A DNA stretch of 62,947 nucleotides, the filler included, from Sphacelaria rigidula (lineage: Eukaryota), in assembly GCA_964200075.2 (NCBI GenBank). It is 11 parts of 11 records of this genome, joined end to end, with 100 filler letters (N's around TTAATTAATTAA, not from the genome) between each part and the next. Parts side by side here need not be neighbours in the genome. Positions count along the whole stretch, not along the records: positions 22,929 to 28,560 come from CAXNAA020025716.1; positions 28,661 to 34,292 come from CAXNAA020025717.1; positions 34,393 to 40,023 come from CAXNAA020025718.1; 8 more parts are not named here. One strand, written 5' to 3'. Under the pieces are notes generated by a model. That model saw only the letters and a list, made by a program, of their open reading frames with translations. It searched no databases and was not told the origin of the DNA. Position 1 is the stretch's first letter. The number at the start of each line of letters is the position of its first letter. Shown here piece by piece: positions 23,776 through 35,573 of this stretch. A program made the translations under genes and the position numbers.

Positions 23776-24331
23776 GACTGGTTGGGGCGGGGGGGGGGGG
23801 GGCTATCGCGGCATTGCTCGAAGTGTGTTTTATGTTTCCTGTGATGAGACCGAAATATTCGGTGGTCGTTGTGGGAAGGCAAGCTACCTTGCTTGCTCCA
23901 TTTTGGCTTAATTTATCGTCTCGACAAGTCACAGCGGTTCATATGTCGAGAAGACAGGAACCTTCAGACTAACAAAAGCCAGTATTATTGTGCTTCAGAG
24001 TCGAATCACCTGCAAATCCCCAAAACTTACCTCGCGCAGCACCTGGTATTGCTCGCTTGTCTTTTCGCGTCCATAAACGCTTCATGTACTATACCCCACG
24101 ATTGCTTGGTGCGCCGCTACTATTCTCATCGTTGTGTACCTTGCCGCCGCCCTGTAGGGCAAATTGTCGGGGCCTGGTTGCGCTGGGAGCCAAAGCGACG
24201 GCTGAGCGACAGAGCGGTTCAGTCAGTGAATCCCGTACCTTGTGCCGTTCTTTTCAGGTTACCTTTTGGCAGCTTCCTGTGTCGTTTGCCAACCGTCGCG
24301 CGGTGTGTCAATCACCCCGCAGAGGTCTCGA

Positions 24332-24545
24332 GTCTCTAGGCCATAGAAAGAGGTAAAGAGAAGTGTGGGCTCTTGCGTCTCCAGGCAGTAGAAAGAAGTA
24401 AAAATAACCGTGGGCGCTTGCGTCTCCAGGCCGTGAAAAGAGGTGAAAATAACCGTGAGCTCTTGTGTCTCCCAGACGCAGAAAGAAGTAAAAAGAAGCG
24501 TAGGCTCGTGCGTCTCCAGGCCGTAGAAAGAGGTGAAAAGAAGGG
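24332..24545. repeat. 45-bp minisatellite, ~4.7 copies
   Basis: Unit gtctccaggccgtagaaagaggtaaaaagaagcgtgggctcttgc starting at 24332, 24377, 24422, 24467 and 24512. Confidence 0.9.
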
Positions 24546-24984
24546 ATGAAGAAGTTCGTCGTCCACTCGGTTTTGTCCCGTGCGCCGCGTTAGACGCGGG
24601 CTGTTGAGGCCCATATTGGTGAAATAGAGGTACACATTGGACATAGTGTGAGACAGCATAAGACAGGATGGGGTACGGGATAAATTTAGTAGTGTTTGCG
24701 GGGTACACCTACCCCCATCGTCGGACAAAGCGAGGTACACTTCACGACCCTCGTTTCCCGCGGCGCTGTTCCGTCGTCAAATCGCGCTCTTTTCTTGCGA
24801 AAGGTGGTGGACATGCTCTGCATGGGCCGTGGACGCCTTGCCTTCCGCGTCAGGATCGTTTTTTGAGTGGTTGAGTGAGTCTGGAATGGGCAGCTCCAAC
24901 TTGCGCGGTCATCTGTACCTACGCTTCGGCTGATTATATGGGGGACTGTACCCCCTTGTGTCTACTTCCTTTACTATTTTCCCG

Positions 24985-25140
24985 TCATATTTTCAACTCC
25001 CACCGGTACATGCCTTACATTTTGGTATATCGCGGATTGGATCAGCAGTACCGCGCCGCATCGACGCTCCTCAGACAATTTTCTTCCTACAAACTTGTTT
25101 ACGCTCATCAATAATTCACTCATACGCAAAAATTCACGAC
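24985..25140 (-). mobile_element. SINE family B-related fragment
   Basis: The reverse complement contains gctgatccaatccgcgatataccaaaatgtaaggcatgtaccgg. Confidence 0.6.
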
Positions 25141-27079
25141 ATCTTTTGGCGTTAGAGTCTGAATACCGCACACATATACTGTGGGTCATTGCAAAACTTT
25201 CACACGTAGGACAGGTCATGAGCTAGCTCATCTGCGGGCGGTAGCTCACTTGTAGTCACACGTGTACATGCGAGCTACGTCCGATAGCTCAACACAAGGC
25301 AAACGTGCGCTGATGATTCAAGAGTTGGTAGCTCACTTGTAGTCACACATGTACATGCTAGATACGTCCGATAGCTCAACACAAGGCAAACGTGCGCTGA
25401 TGATTCAAGAGTTGGTAGCTCACCCAGCAAAAACATGCGTAGCTCATCCAGCTCTGATAGCTCATCCAGGACGAATCTGAGCTGATGAGCTACGGGTTCG
25501 TAGCTCACCCATCGCAAACGTGCGTAGCTCACACAGCTCCCACAGCTCACTTAGGGCGCATATGAGCTGATGAGCTAGGGGTTGATAGCTCACCCAGGGC
25601 AAACATGTGCAGCTCATGTAGCTCTCACAGCTCACCCCAGGGAGAACATATGCGGATGAGCTACGCTCGATAGCTCACCCAAGGTAAACATGTGTAGCTC
25701 ACGCAGCTCTTGTAGCTCACCCGGGAAAAACATGAACGGATGAGTTACGCCCGGTAGCTCACCCTAGGGACACATGGTTGTGGCTCACTCACGTCATATG
25801 CCTAGCTCGCCGCGGGCCAACCCCGTGTCGCTCATGACGCAACATTCTTGTTCGAACGGATGGTGCCACATATCATTAGGTTGTGATGTTTTACCTCACT
25901 CTTTGCGATAGGAAGAAAATAAGCCAACACATCCTCGTTCGCTTGGTCGGATGGTCAAAAAAATTATTAGTATTCAGTGTCTACAATAATCGACTGATTC
26001 ATTTCTTTCGATCGGTTGACTGCGAGGGTACGAGTCCATCTGTTTATGCATACGTTTTTCAAGTGAAATTGGGGGCGATTCAACAGATGACTTAAGCTCG
26101 CTGTCAAGGGGTTAGCCCTTTGACCGCGAGGGTTGGCGATCTCGTATATCAGCATAATTCACTTGATTTTTCGGGTGTGAATGATGCCGATTCAGAGACC
26201 TACTCTCGCGGTCAAAGGGATAGGCAATCGTAGCTCTCATAGCTCTCATACTCATCTAGGGCAAACATGTATAGCTCATGCATCTCTTACAGCTCATCTA
26301 GGGCAAATATGCGTCGATCATGTATCTCTTACAGCTCATCCAGGGCAAACATGGGTAGCTCATGCATCTCTCACAGCTCATCCGCGGCAAACATGTGTAG
26401 CTCATGCAGCTCTCATAGCTCACCCAGGGTGAGTATGAGCTGACGGGCTACGGGTTGGTAGCTCACCCAGGGCAAACATGCGTAGCTTATGCAGCTCTCA
26501 TAGCTCACCCAGGACGAATCTGAGCTGATGAGCTACGGGTTGGTAGCTCACCCAGGGCAAACATGCGCAGCTCATGCAGCTCTCACAGCTCACCCAGGGA
26601 AAACATATGCGGATGAGCTACGCTCGATAGCTCACCCAGGGCAAACATGTGTAGCTCACGCAGCTCTTGTAGCTCACCCGTGGAAAACATGAGCGGATGA
26701 GCTACGCCCGGTAGCTCACCCCAGGGACACATGGTCGTGGCTCACTCACGCCATATGCCTAGCTCGCCGCTGGCCAACCCCGTGTTGCTTATGATGTAAC
26801 ATTCTTGTTCGAACGGATGGCGCCACATGCCATTAGGTTGTGATGTTTTGTCTCACTCTTCGCGATAGGAAGAAAAGAAGCCAACACATATCCTCGTTCG
26901 TTTTGTCGGATGGTTAAAACAAATATTAATGTTCAGTGTCTACAATAATAATCGACCGATTCATTTCTTTTGATCGGTTGGCCGCGAGGGTACGAGTCCA
27001 TCTGGTCATGCATACGTTTTTCAAGTGAAATTGGAGCCGATTCAACAGATGACCTATGCTCGCCCCCAAGGGGTTATAA

Positions 27080-27186
27080 CCCTTTGACTGCGAGGGTTGG
27101 CGATCTGATAAATCAGCATAATTCGCTTCATTTTTCGGGTGTGAATGTTGCCGATTCAGAGACCTCCTACCCTCGCGGCCAAAGGG
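27080..27186. mobile_element. Tiny piggyBac-like MITE
   Basis: ATAA|CCCTTTGACTGCGAGGGT..ACCCTCGCGGCCAAAGGG|ATAA. Paralogue near 26116-26219, and a related end at 46060-46091 finishing in GGG|TTAA. Confidence 0.65.
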
Positions 27187-27515
27187 ATAAGCAATCGTAG
27201 CTCTCACAGCTCTTATAGCTCATCCCGGGCAACTGTTTGCAGCTCACCTAGCTCTCATAGGCCATCCAGGGCAAATATGTGTAGCTCATGCATATCTCGT
27301 AGCTCATCCAGGGCAAACATGTGTAGCTCATGCGTCTCTCATAGCGCATCCGGGGCAAATATGCGTAGCTCATGCAGCTCTCAAAGCTCACCCAGGGCGA
27401 ATATGAGCTGATGAGCAACGGTTTGGTAGCTCACCCAGGTCAAACATGCGTAGCTCATGCGTCTCTCATAGCTCACCCAGGACGAATCTGAGCTGATGAG
27501 CTACGGGTTGGTAGC

Positions 27516-27799
27516 TGTGACGAAATCACGCCTTCACGTTGAGTAAATGGTGATGATTGGATGATGACTTGGGATTTGTAGTGATGATATGGATGATGAG
27601 ATGGGCACAGGGGTGTTAATCTGATGTGATTTCTGGAGCTCATGTGCCTGGAAGGCACTCCAGTAATGATAAGGTGTTGTGAAGGCTGACAACTGAGACC
27701 TTCAGGCCAGTGGAACTGGGGAGTCCCTTAACAGCATTTAGACGCTGCAGTACTAGCAAGCTGCTAGCGTCACAATATCGATATTGTGACGCCATCACA
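27516..27799. mobile_element. Solo LTR-like insertion (TGTGA..TCACA, 4-bp TSD TAGC)
   Basis: Removing it restores the host repeat unit gggttggtagctcacc. Contains a perfect 26-bp palindrome at 27767-27792. Confidence 0.85.
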
Positions 27800-28070
27800 T
27801 AGCTCACCTATCGCAAACGTGCGTAGCTCATACAGCTCCCATAGCTTACTCATGACGAATCTGAGCTGATGAGCTACGGGTTGGTAGCTCACGTGCGGTA
27901 AACATGCGTAGCTCATACAGCTCTCATAGCTCACCCCTGGAAAAACATGCGTAGCTCATGTAGCTCTCATAGCTCACTAGGGAGCTACGCTCAAAAAGAG
28001 CTAGCTCGAGCTATAGGGAGCTGACCTGTCCGACGCGTGGAACTTTTTACCGACATCACCCTCTAGTCTA

Positions 28071-28560
28071 TAGTAGTCAGCATCAGAAGTTTTCAGAATT
28101 CGTAGTTGTCCTTTTTTCTGAGTTTTTTTCGAGTACATTTATTCTTCATTACTACTTGAAAGTGCTAGCGCCGGTAAATTCAGGGGAAAAGGGTAGGCCG
28201 CGCTCAAACTACAGTGCTCGCGTTGGTGTTTTTGGGGCGATACGGACTTGATACCCCGTTTATCAGGAGGGTGTTATTGACCGTTTTTGGTCCAATATAA
28301 GCACTTTTCCCGTTTTTCAGCGACGAAACGGCAAATATTCAGATAAATTAATACGTGTAAAATTCTTAACAATGACCATTGATATCGTGTCTCCCTCCTA
28401 TACTGCACAGACCTCAGTCTAGCATTTTCTGCGGATGGCCTATTTTCGTCTTTTTTTGCATAACATTTCCCATGAGCACTCGGAAATGCTAGTGTCGATA
28501 GTTTTGGCAAAATAAGCAAACCGTGCTCAAATCACAATCGCCCAACTTGGTGTTGTGGGG
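28071..28560. mobile_element. Left part of the Tc1/mariner-type element (family of 1471-2350)
   Basis: TA|TAGTAGTCAGCATCAGAAG, colinear with 1471-1950. Confidence 0.85.
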
Positions 28561-28660
28561 NNNNNNNNNNNNNNNNNNNNNNNNNNNNNNNNNNNNNNNN
28601 NNNNTTAATTAATTAANNNNNNNNNNNNNNNNNNNNNNNNNNNNNNNNNNNNNNNNNNNN

Positions 28661-29160
28661 GGTGATTGAGAGCGAGCCTGGCCCGGCGAAAACCCGGTGT
28701 GCCCCGTCCCGGCTTTGTAGGGATGCGAGGTCAATGATCTTATGACTATGGCATGCATGATCATGAATGCACCCCCCACCTACAGAATAACGGGTGGGCG
28801 CAAGGCTTCTCCCTTCTCCTCCCTCCGCTCCGTCTCAGAAGGGATGCGTGGTCAATGGTCAAACGATTGAGGCAAGCAACAAATGAGTACGCCCCCCCCC
28901 CCTCCCTCCTCCCGTCATTCATTGGAGGATGACATCCATATGCAAGATAATTGGTATGCTTCAGGCCAAACAATCTTAGCAGGATGCAGCTTACCCTTCA
29001 TGCGGCTCGCCGACCACATCACGGTACTTTAGCGCTTGGTGATTGAGTGCGAGCCTTGTTCGGCGAAAAGCCGGCGTGCTCAGTCCCGGCGTCTTGGGGA
29101 TGCGAGGTCAATGGTCGCCATGACTACGACATGTAAGATCATGAGTACATCCCTTCTCCT
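28661..29160 (+). mobile_element. Cluster of retroelement 3' ends (two LINE-tailed element ends and one LINE family 1 tip)
   Basis: 28661-28780 and 28915-29160 match the direct-repeat family. 28822-28905 is gggatgcgtggtcaatggtc..aaatgagtacgcccc. Confidence 0.8.
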
Positions 29161-29290
29161 CCTTCCTATCTGGTGTCCACTTTATTTCGACTTCAGTTTT
29201 TCTCGAACACAACGCACGCATGTCACGACAAGATCTGAGCAGGCGGCCGGCACACACACCACGCCGCATACATCACAAGCGACATGAATT

Positions 29291-29487
29291 CCGCCGCGCC
29301 TCGGAGGTGTGAATTAAATCGGTCCGGCTGTCACCCTTAGGGTGGAGAAAACGAGGGTTCGAATCCCGATGCGTTGGGTTTTTACTTGGAAGCATCTGAT
29401 TTCCACCGTCGACATGAGCGTTAGTACGCGAGCAAACAAGAAATTAATTGACTGAGTTTGTTTGACGAGAGTTGACGCGGTGCGGGT
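29291..29487 (+). mobile_element. SINE family B, 5' half
   Basis: agggtggagaaaacgagGGTTCGAATCCCgatgcgttggg, as at 18600-18640. Confidence 0.7.
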
Positions 29488-29809
29488 TCAGGGTGAACGA
29501 CCGTTTTTTACTCCCCAGCGATTGTTCACACCGTTTTGGCGAGTGAGATCCTGAAACTTCGCACACGGGTGCTCTGAGATATTTAGGAAGCCTGCGTGAA
29601 CAGGATCTTTCGATACTTTTGTGTTTTTTTCGCCAGATATCTGGGGTCCCCAGAGGCGATGTCTGACCTAACCCCCCTGTACCTTCACGCAAAAACTAGA
29701 GAAAAAAAAAATTGAACCGGAGGCACAACTTTGTGTTGTATTGTTCAAATATTTTCATTGCATGACACGACTAACCAAGAAACAAACACAACAATGAACA
29801 AAAAAACAG

Positions 29810-29940
29810 GAAATTTCTGGATCTTGGATGCGGACGGGCTGATCACCGAGAGTCGCACGAGGAGCATGGAGCCGTACGTTCGGCGATTTGCTAGACCCAG
29901 CGGCCCGGGGGAGGTGCAGGATTGTGCTGGAGTCGAAGAG
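29810..29940 (+). CDS. Exon of malic enzyme (NAD(P)-dependent), nucleotide-binding domain
   Basis: Branch ctaac, aaacag|...GAG|gtgaaa. NFWILDADGLITESR..PYVRRFAR..GVEE resembles the malic enzyme FWxxDxxGLI..R..FAR..EVV segment. Confidence 0.72.
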
Positions 29941-29999
29941 GTGAAAAAAAGTTGTCCGTGCTTGCGATATTACTATCATTGTTTCCGCACATTAGCCCG

Positions 30000-30245
30000 A
30001 TCTTTCGAATCGGTGACCACAGACTTAAGCTCGCCTTTTTCCAGTACCGTCAATGCCGTTCCTTACATGAGATACAAGCGTTTATCAAGCGTTTTTTTTT
30101 CTGAGACTCCAAAACAAAACGAAACAAAATAAAGCAGCGAGAGAAAGATACGTCAACGAAACAGGAAACAGAAGATGAAGAAAAGAAGAGAAAAAAACTC
30201 CTCCCGAGTTGGTTGTGGTGTGTTGAAACGACATAATAAGAGCAG
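30000..30245 (+). repeat. Dispersed repeat (second copy at ~43615-43860)
   Basis: Shared blocks gctcgccttttt.cagtaccgt and cccgagttggt.g.ggtgtg.tgaaac. Confidence 0.55.
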
Positions 30246-31261
30246 ATCAGTTAAGGACGGAACAGAACATAATGAGTCGACATGGAGGAATTTTAGTGTG
30301 GTTTCTCCGATATACCAGTCCTGCGCCGAAAAAAAGCAAAACAAAAATACACCGGAATGCCCGCGCTATATTTGTGACTGCCCGCACTTGGCTCGCACAC
30401 CAAAATCTTTGCGCTTTTGAACGGAAACTTTGTTTGTGCATTTCTCGACCGTGGGAAGTCGCCACCGTGAAACTTGGTGCACTATTGATAGAAGGACACG
30501 TTGCAGGCAGTATGTGCACCGGAGAACAGCTCCTCTCGGCCACCAAGAAAAATAAGCAAAGCGAGTACCGATGCCGATGTATCATGGATATGCCCTCGAA
30601 ACGGTTATCTCGACGCCCAGAGCCCAGAATCGGTGCACTCAGTGAGAGCATACTGTATGTGGACATGGTGGTGCACTCACTTTCACTTCATGAGCACCTG
30701 GGAGGGTGTAATGCTGGCAAACACAGATAAGTTCTAGCACACTCTGGATAATGACAATATGTAGAAAGGTCGTCCCGGTATCGCCTGTGAAGATGATGAG
30801 CGCGAGAGGCACCGTCGTACACGCGCTGTCGTCGCTACAAGGCGCTGAAACTTCGGCCATATCCAGTGTATACCACAATCAACTGGCGCATGTGGCTGGA
30901 TTTTGGGTTGGGCGTTGCAATAGTGCGCGCAAGGGGATGAAAAGAGCTCAGATTCTGTTCCGAAACACTTTTTTTTTTTGTTGCTTCAATTATTATTTTG
31001 GCGCTGGACTGTACACCTTTCGACATGACCTGTGCTGTGGCATCGGTTTTCTCAGAACATGTGAGCAATAACGGCTGGATCTGAGGGATCAGCCGATGTG
31101 CGACAATCGATCAAAATGAATGAATCTCAGCACAACGTAACGGGGTTTGTGTGCCGTACACGGACCCTTGCGTGCCGTTCTAGAAACGTTACACACACAG
31201 CCGAACATTATATGCTACCAGACAAATCATCACACCTTCAGCACCCAAGTAATGAGGCTCA

Positions 31262-31640
31262 CGGCCGCCACGGCTCGGTGGTCTAATTGATTCGAGCGGA
31301 AGGCTGCGCGTTCAAGCTCCCGCGTATGGTGTATTTTTTTTACTTCGTTTTGTTCTGATCCTTTTTTTTCCCCCTTTTTTCCCCCCTTTTTTTTCTTCTT
31401 TTTTTCTTCTCTTTTTCTCGTTTTTTAGTCTACTCTTTCTGCTCTACGTTCCTGTTTCTTTCACTCTTCTTCAGCGAGTGGTTCCAATTTGTTTTTTTCA
31501 TCTCGGTTACCAGTATGATTTGACCACGGCTGGATCCCTATGGGATCAACTCAAGTGCCACAATCAATCAATTTAATCAATCAATCAAGCAAGCAATCGA
31601 GCAATCCATAAATCAATCAATCAATCAATCAATCAATCAA
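31262..31640 (+). mobile_element. SINE family C with (CAAT)n tail
   Basis: Degenerate A/B boxes, T-rich body, and 3' block ccacggctggatccc..gggatca..gtgc.acaatcaatc. The same 3' block occurs at ~31070, 32335, 33190, 35945-35985 (-) and 58750 (-). Confidence 0.65.
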
Positions 31641-31948
31641 CGAAGCCATCAAGATCTGGTTCCCGTCGCCGAAAACGCGAGGAACCGAGTTCGGCGAAAG
31701 TGGACGGGGTGCAGGAGTGCTGACCCAGTCCGCGGTAGTAAGTTGTCAGGGAGGTGGGTATATAAAATATGCGACGGGAAAAAGAAGTATCTCAGTCCGT
31801 CGAGACTTCTCGGTCTGGTGACGAGGAATGGGGGGAGATTGGAAACTATGATGAAGCACACACGCACACAAGGAGATAATTATCGATCCATCATGCTCTT
31901 GAACATGTGTTTTTTTTTGCGGAACAGGAGAACCGTTGTGTCGATGCC

Positions 31949-31949
<1 letters not shown>

Positions 31950-31981
<32 letters not shown>
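31950..31981. repeat. (CTG)n microsatellite
   Basis: About 10 perfect units. Confidence 0.95.
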
Positions 31982-33244
31982 ACTTACTTGTACTTCTAAA
32001 GAGTGTCGATTTGATGAACGCGCTAGGCAGAACAAAACGCGACAGAACAGTTAGTGTACCGACGCTGATGAGTCATTCTGCAACACGTGCTATAGAACGG
32101 TATCTGTGCTTCTGTGTCTTTTTGACTCCGCATGAGTTTCCCTTGCTTCTTGCTCATCTTTCTTAGGGTTCTTGCTTATGTTCTTGCCCATGTTCTTGCT
32201 GATTTTCTTGTTTTTGTTCTTGCTTCTCAGTTTGTTGTTTTTTTTGTATTATTTTTTCCTTGCATTTTGTTTTCTGGAGCTAGAGTTTCTGTTTTGTTTA
32301 TCTTGGTTACTGTAAGTCTATCTTGTGAATCGTGACCACGGATAGGTTCCTCGGGGATGAGCTAATGTGCGACAACCAATCAAATCTGTCAAATTAGTAA
32401 GAAAGGGGAAACCTTTTGAGTACCTGTTTTATGTCTTAATTTTCCCAGGAAGATTCCCTGGAACGTTTCCTGTTTTTTACAGGCTCCTGCTCCACAGACC
32501 GACAGGAGTGCCATAATATTGTGTAAATCATGTTTTGCGTGATGTATGTATGAGAAACACCCGAAATCGAAGATGGACGATTGCTGAGTTTCACTTGACA
32601 TCGCACAAGTAGGGACCATTATCCAATGACAAACGGGGCCAGTTCAGTGGATCGAGCCTCTCCGCAAGTCAGCAAACAATTTGGGTAAATTACTCGTTTT
32701 AAATTTCGCCTATCACTGATGTATACATTGCTTTTTGCATGAGTCTCACATGTGAACCGGGTAGGTATGCACTACTACAGTTGTTTTTGGCAAGAAAGCG
32801 GACGGCGACAATGAAAAACCTGTCCCTCAGCCAGGTAGATAGGTAATGCCTATTTTGGTTCAGGTTGCCAGGTTTTATTCTTTCCATGAGATATTGACAA
32901 ATTTGTGTGTTTGACATTTTTGTTTGCTACGATATGGCATATGGTGTGGTTTCGCTGGGTCTAACTTTGCCGTCGGTGAAAGTTGATCGCACGGGGTATT
33001 CCCGACTTTGTAGATTTCCCTTGTCCCAATTTCTGCGTGCACTTGGAGGCCTGACTTTTCCAGTTTTTCGTTTATTTTTTAGTGTTTGAGTTCAGCTTAC
33101 TTTGTTTCTTTCTATCCTACCTTTCTGTTTCATTCATTTTTCTTCAGCAACTGTGTCCGTTTTGTTCATCTCGGGTGCGTCCATCATCCTACCACGGCTG
33201 AATCCCCGAGGGATCACTTTTTTCATTGTTCATTTTGTTTTACT

Positions 33245-33345
33245 TGATTTTGATTTTGATTTTGATTTTGATTTTGATTTTGATTTTGATTTTGATTTTG
33301 ATTTTGATTTTGATTTTGATTTCGATTCTGATTTGATTCTGATTT
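33245..33345. repeat. (GATTTT)n microsatellite
   Basis: About 13 perfect units, then degenerate. Confidence 0.95.
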
Positions 33346-33699
33346 TTTTTTTATTATTCGTCGTGCGTTGAACCCCCCCCTTCCTCCCTCGGGCCGAGCC
33401 CGTGGTCTCAAGGGATCAACACATCTCTCCCCGGTGGATAGTGTTCCGTCTCGAAAGGGATGCGTGGTCAATGGTCAAACGACTGAGGCAAGCAACAAAT
33501 GAGTACCCCTCCCCGGTAAATAGTGTGCGACAATCAACTAGCCCTTTTGGGACCGGAGTCCCAGAAACATGGTGTTCGCACGCAGGGGTCCTTGTCTTAC
33601 TCCGGATAATCGTCAGTCGTAACAAAAAAGCCCTCGCGTGCAAACACCATGTGTCTGGGAGTCCGGTCCCAAAAGGGTTGATTTTTAACTAACTACGCG

Positions 33700-34292
33700 A
33701 TAACCTTTTTCATCTCTTATCCCCTTCCTGTTCCGCCGTCTGTCACCACCACCTCTTTCCTAGTGTGCCTATTGTTTTTTTTATGCTACTATCCAGTGTA
33801 TCAATCGTTTTCATGTCACGTGCGTTCAGTTCCTTCATCTCCTCCACTAAGTCGTCCCATTCCTCCTTGCATAGTTCACATTCTCCCACTAGTGCGCGGG
33901 AGGGGAGCAGGGCGAGGGCCTCCTCATTTGTTGCTTCCCTAGTCATTTAACCATTGACCACGCATCCCCCTCGAGACGGAGTGCCGTTGTTACTCCTAAT
34001 AGAGGCGCCTCCAACATTTGAGCGCTCACTACGTTTCTTCCGTAGATTGCACAGTAGCTTTTTCTCATGTATAGTTAACATCCTACCACTATATGAATTC
34101 TGCTCCCTGTTGCTCTGCCAGGGGTGCAATTCTGGGAAACTACTCCGTCCTCCACCCGACTACTGGTTCACCTATTCTTATTTCTGGCAGGTCCTGTTCC
34201 CTCACCCGAAATCGCACTAGCGAGACGGGGGGGGCGGGGCGTACTCATTTGTTGCTTGCCTTAGTCGTTTGACCATTGACCACGCATCCCTA
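33700..34292 (-). mobile_element. LINE family 1 3' fragments
   Basis: VGECELCKEE..LDSS..LGKRWW and KKRSERSNVGGASIRSNNGTPSRGGCVVNG are homologous to 23181-23775. A further 3' tip lies at 34225-34292. Confidence 0.85.
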
Positions 34293-34663
34293 NNNNNNNN
34301 NNNNNNNNNNNNNNNNNNNNNNNNNNNNNNNNNNNNTTAATTAATTAANNNNNNNNNNNNNNNNNNNNNNNNNNNNNNNNNNNNNNNNNNNNGGGGTAGG
34401 CGCTTCAGCGCAGCAGCGATATGGTCATGTATATATCGGACTGATTCGGGAAACTCGAGGAGTACTCACTGGAGCATCAGATGCCCTCCAGAGGATTCGT
34501 TTATGTCCATTCCAGAGGGTCATTTACCCTCCAGAGGATGAAAATCACGATAGAGGATTTCCAAACAGGAGCCGAATGACCGCGTGTGCAGTGCCTGGAT
34601 CAAATAACTCCATCGACACTTGGTGTGCTTTCGTTTTTTTCTTGCCGAACATAATCTATTCAG

Positions 34664-35573
34664 AACTCCCTGGGGCCTATCGAGGAAATCCAGCAAGGAT
34701 AACTTGCATGACGGCCGGGTCTCCGACATTTCCACTAATGTCAGCAGGAGGGAAGGGCATCCTTTTGACTCACTCAAGGACGTATTTTCTTCTGACGATA
34801 GCAGCTGTAGCATTGCGCGACGTCTCAGCACTTCATGTCCCCGCACCAGCAGCGGAGTCTCCTCCAGATACCGAACAAGAGTCCAACGCGATCACAAAAA
34901 CGACTATGCACGTGACGACAGTTCTCCTGAAGGTCTTGCGTACGAGAAACCCTGCCGACCTGTAGAGTGCGATGCCGCTATTTCTGCGGATCATGACACA
35001 CACGCACCACGTCTCGCTTCTGCAGTAGTTGGCCAAAACGAAAGTACTACCCGACTTCGGAGTATAGCCCAGTCATTCCTCCACGCGGTCGAGTCTGACA
35101 GTGCAACGGCTGCGATAGTTGACACCAGTGAAGACAGGGTTTGTTTGGCAAACTTCGGCGGCGGTGGCGGCGGTGGTATCGGCAATAGCGACCGTGTGCA
35201 TGGTGGACGCAAACGGAAGGGGAATACTTCGGATGTGCTGAAGGAGAAAGGAGGTCTGCACAAACAGCAAGGTGCCAATGAGGAGCTCGAGTTCTCGTCA
35301 TCATTGGAGGACAGTAACGAAAACGACCCGAGGTTTGGAACGCTGGTTATGTTACCGTTGGAACATGGGTTTTCTAGCGGTGATTGTGGTCTCAGCAGCG
35401 ATGACAACGGTCTTGATTATGGGGTTGCGGGCCGCGCGGAGGGGGGGAGGATGGCAGGGATTGAGAGCGACGGGGGGCTGGTGGATTCCTGCAAAGACGA
35501 CAGCTCTGACGACGATCTGGACGAGGAACAAAGCGTGGCGGACGTTACGAATTCCCTCGACTTTCTATGCGAC
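34664..35573 (+). CDS. Large exon of an uncharacterised low-complexity (Ser/Asp/Gly-rich) protein
   Basis: ctattcag| ... GAC|gtaagt, 303 open codons. Confidence 0.8.

Larger units (their letters stand above)
25201..28039. mobile_element. 2.84-kb non-autonomous TIR element saturated with AGCT-containing repeats
   Basis: TIRs CACACGTAGGACAGGTCA / TGACCTGTCCGACGCGTG. Flanks aaacttt/gaacttt. Dozens of tagctcacccagggcaaacatg units and a ~960-bp internal duplication. Confidence 0.8.

Noticed and set aside
24332..24545. CRISPR-like periodicity
   Set aside because: The whole 45-bp unit repeats with no unique spacers, the context is eukaryotic, and there are no cas genes.
25470..27900. Hammerhead ribozyme (CTGATGAG followed by a hairpin) in the AGCT repeats
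   Set aside because: The stem is followed by TCACC rather than the required GAAA, so the catalytic core is incomplete.
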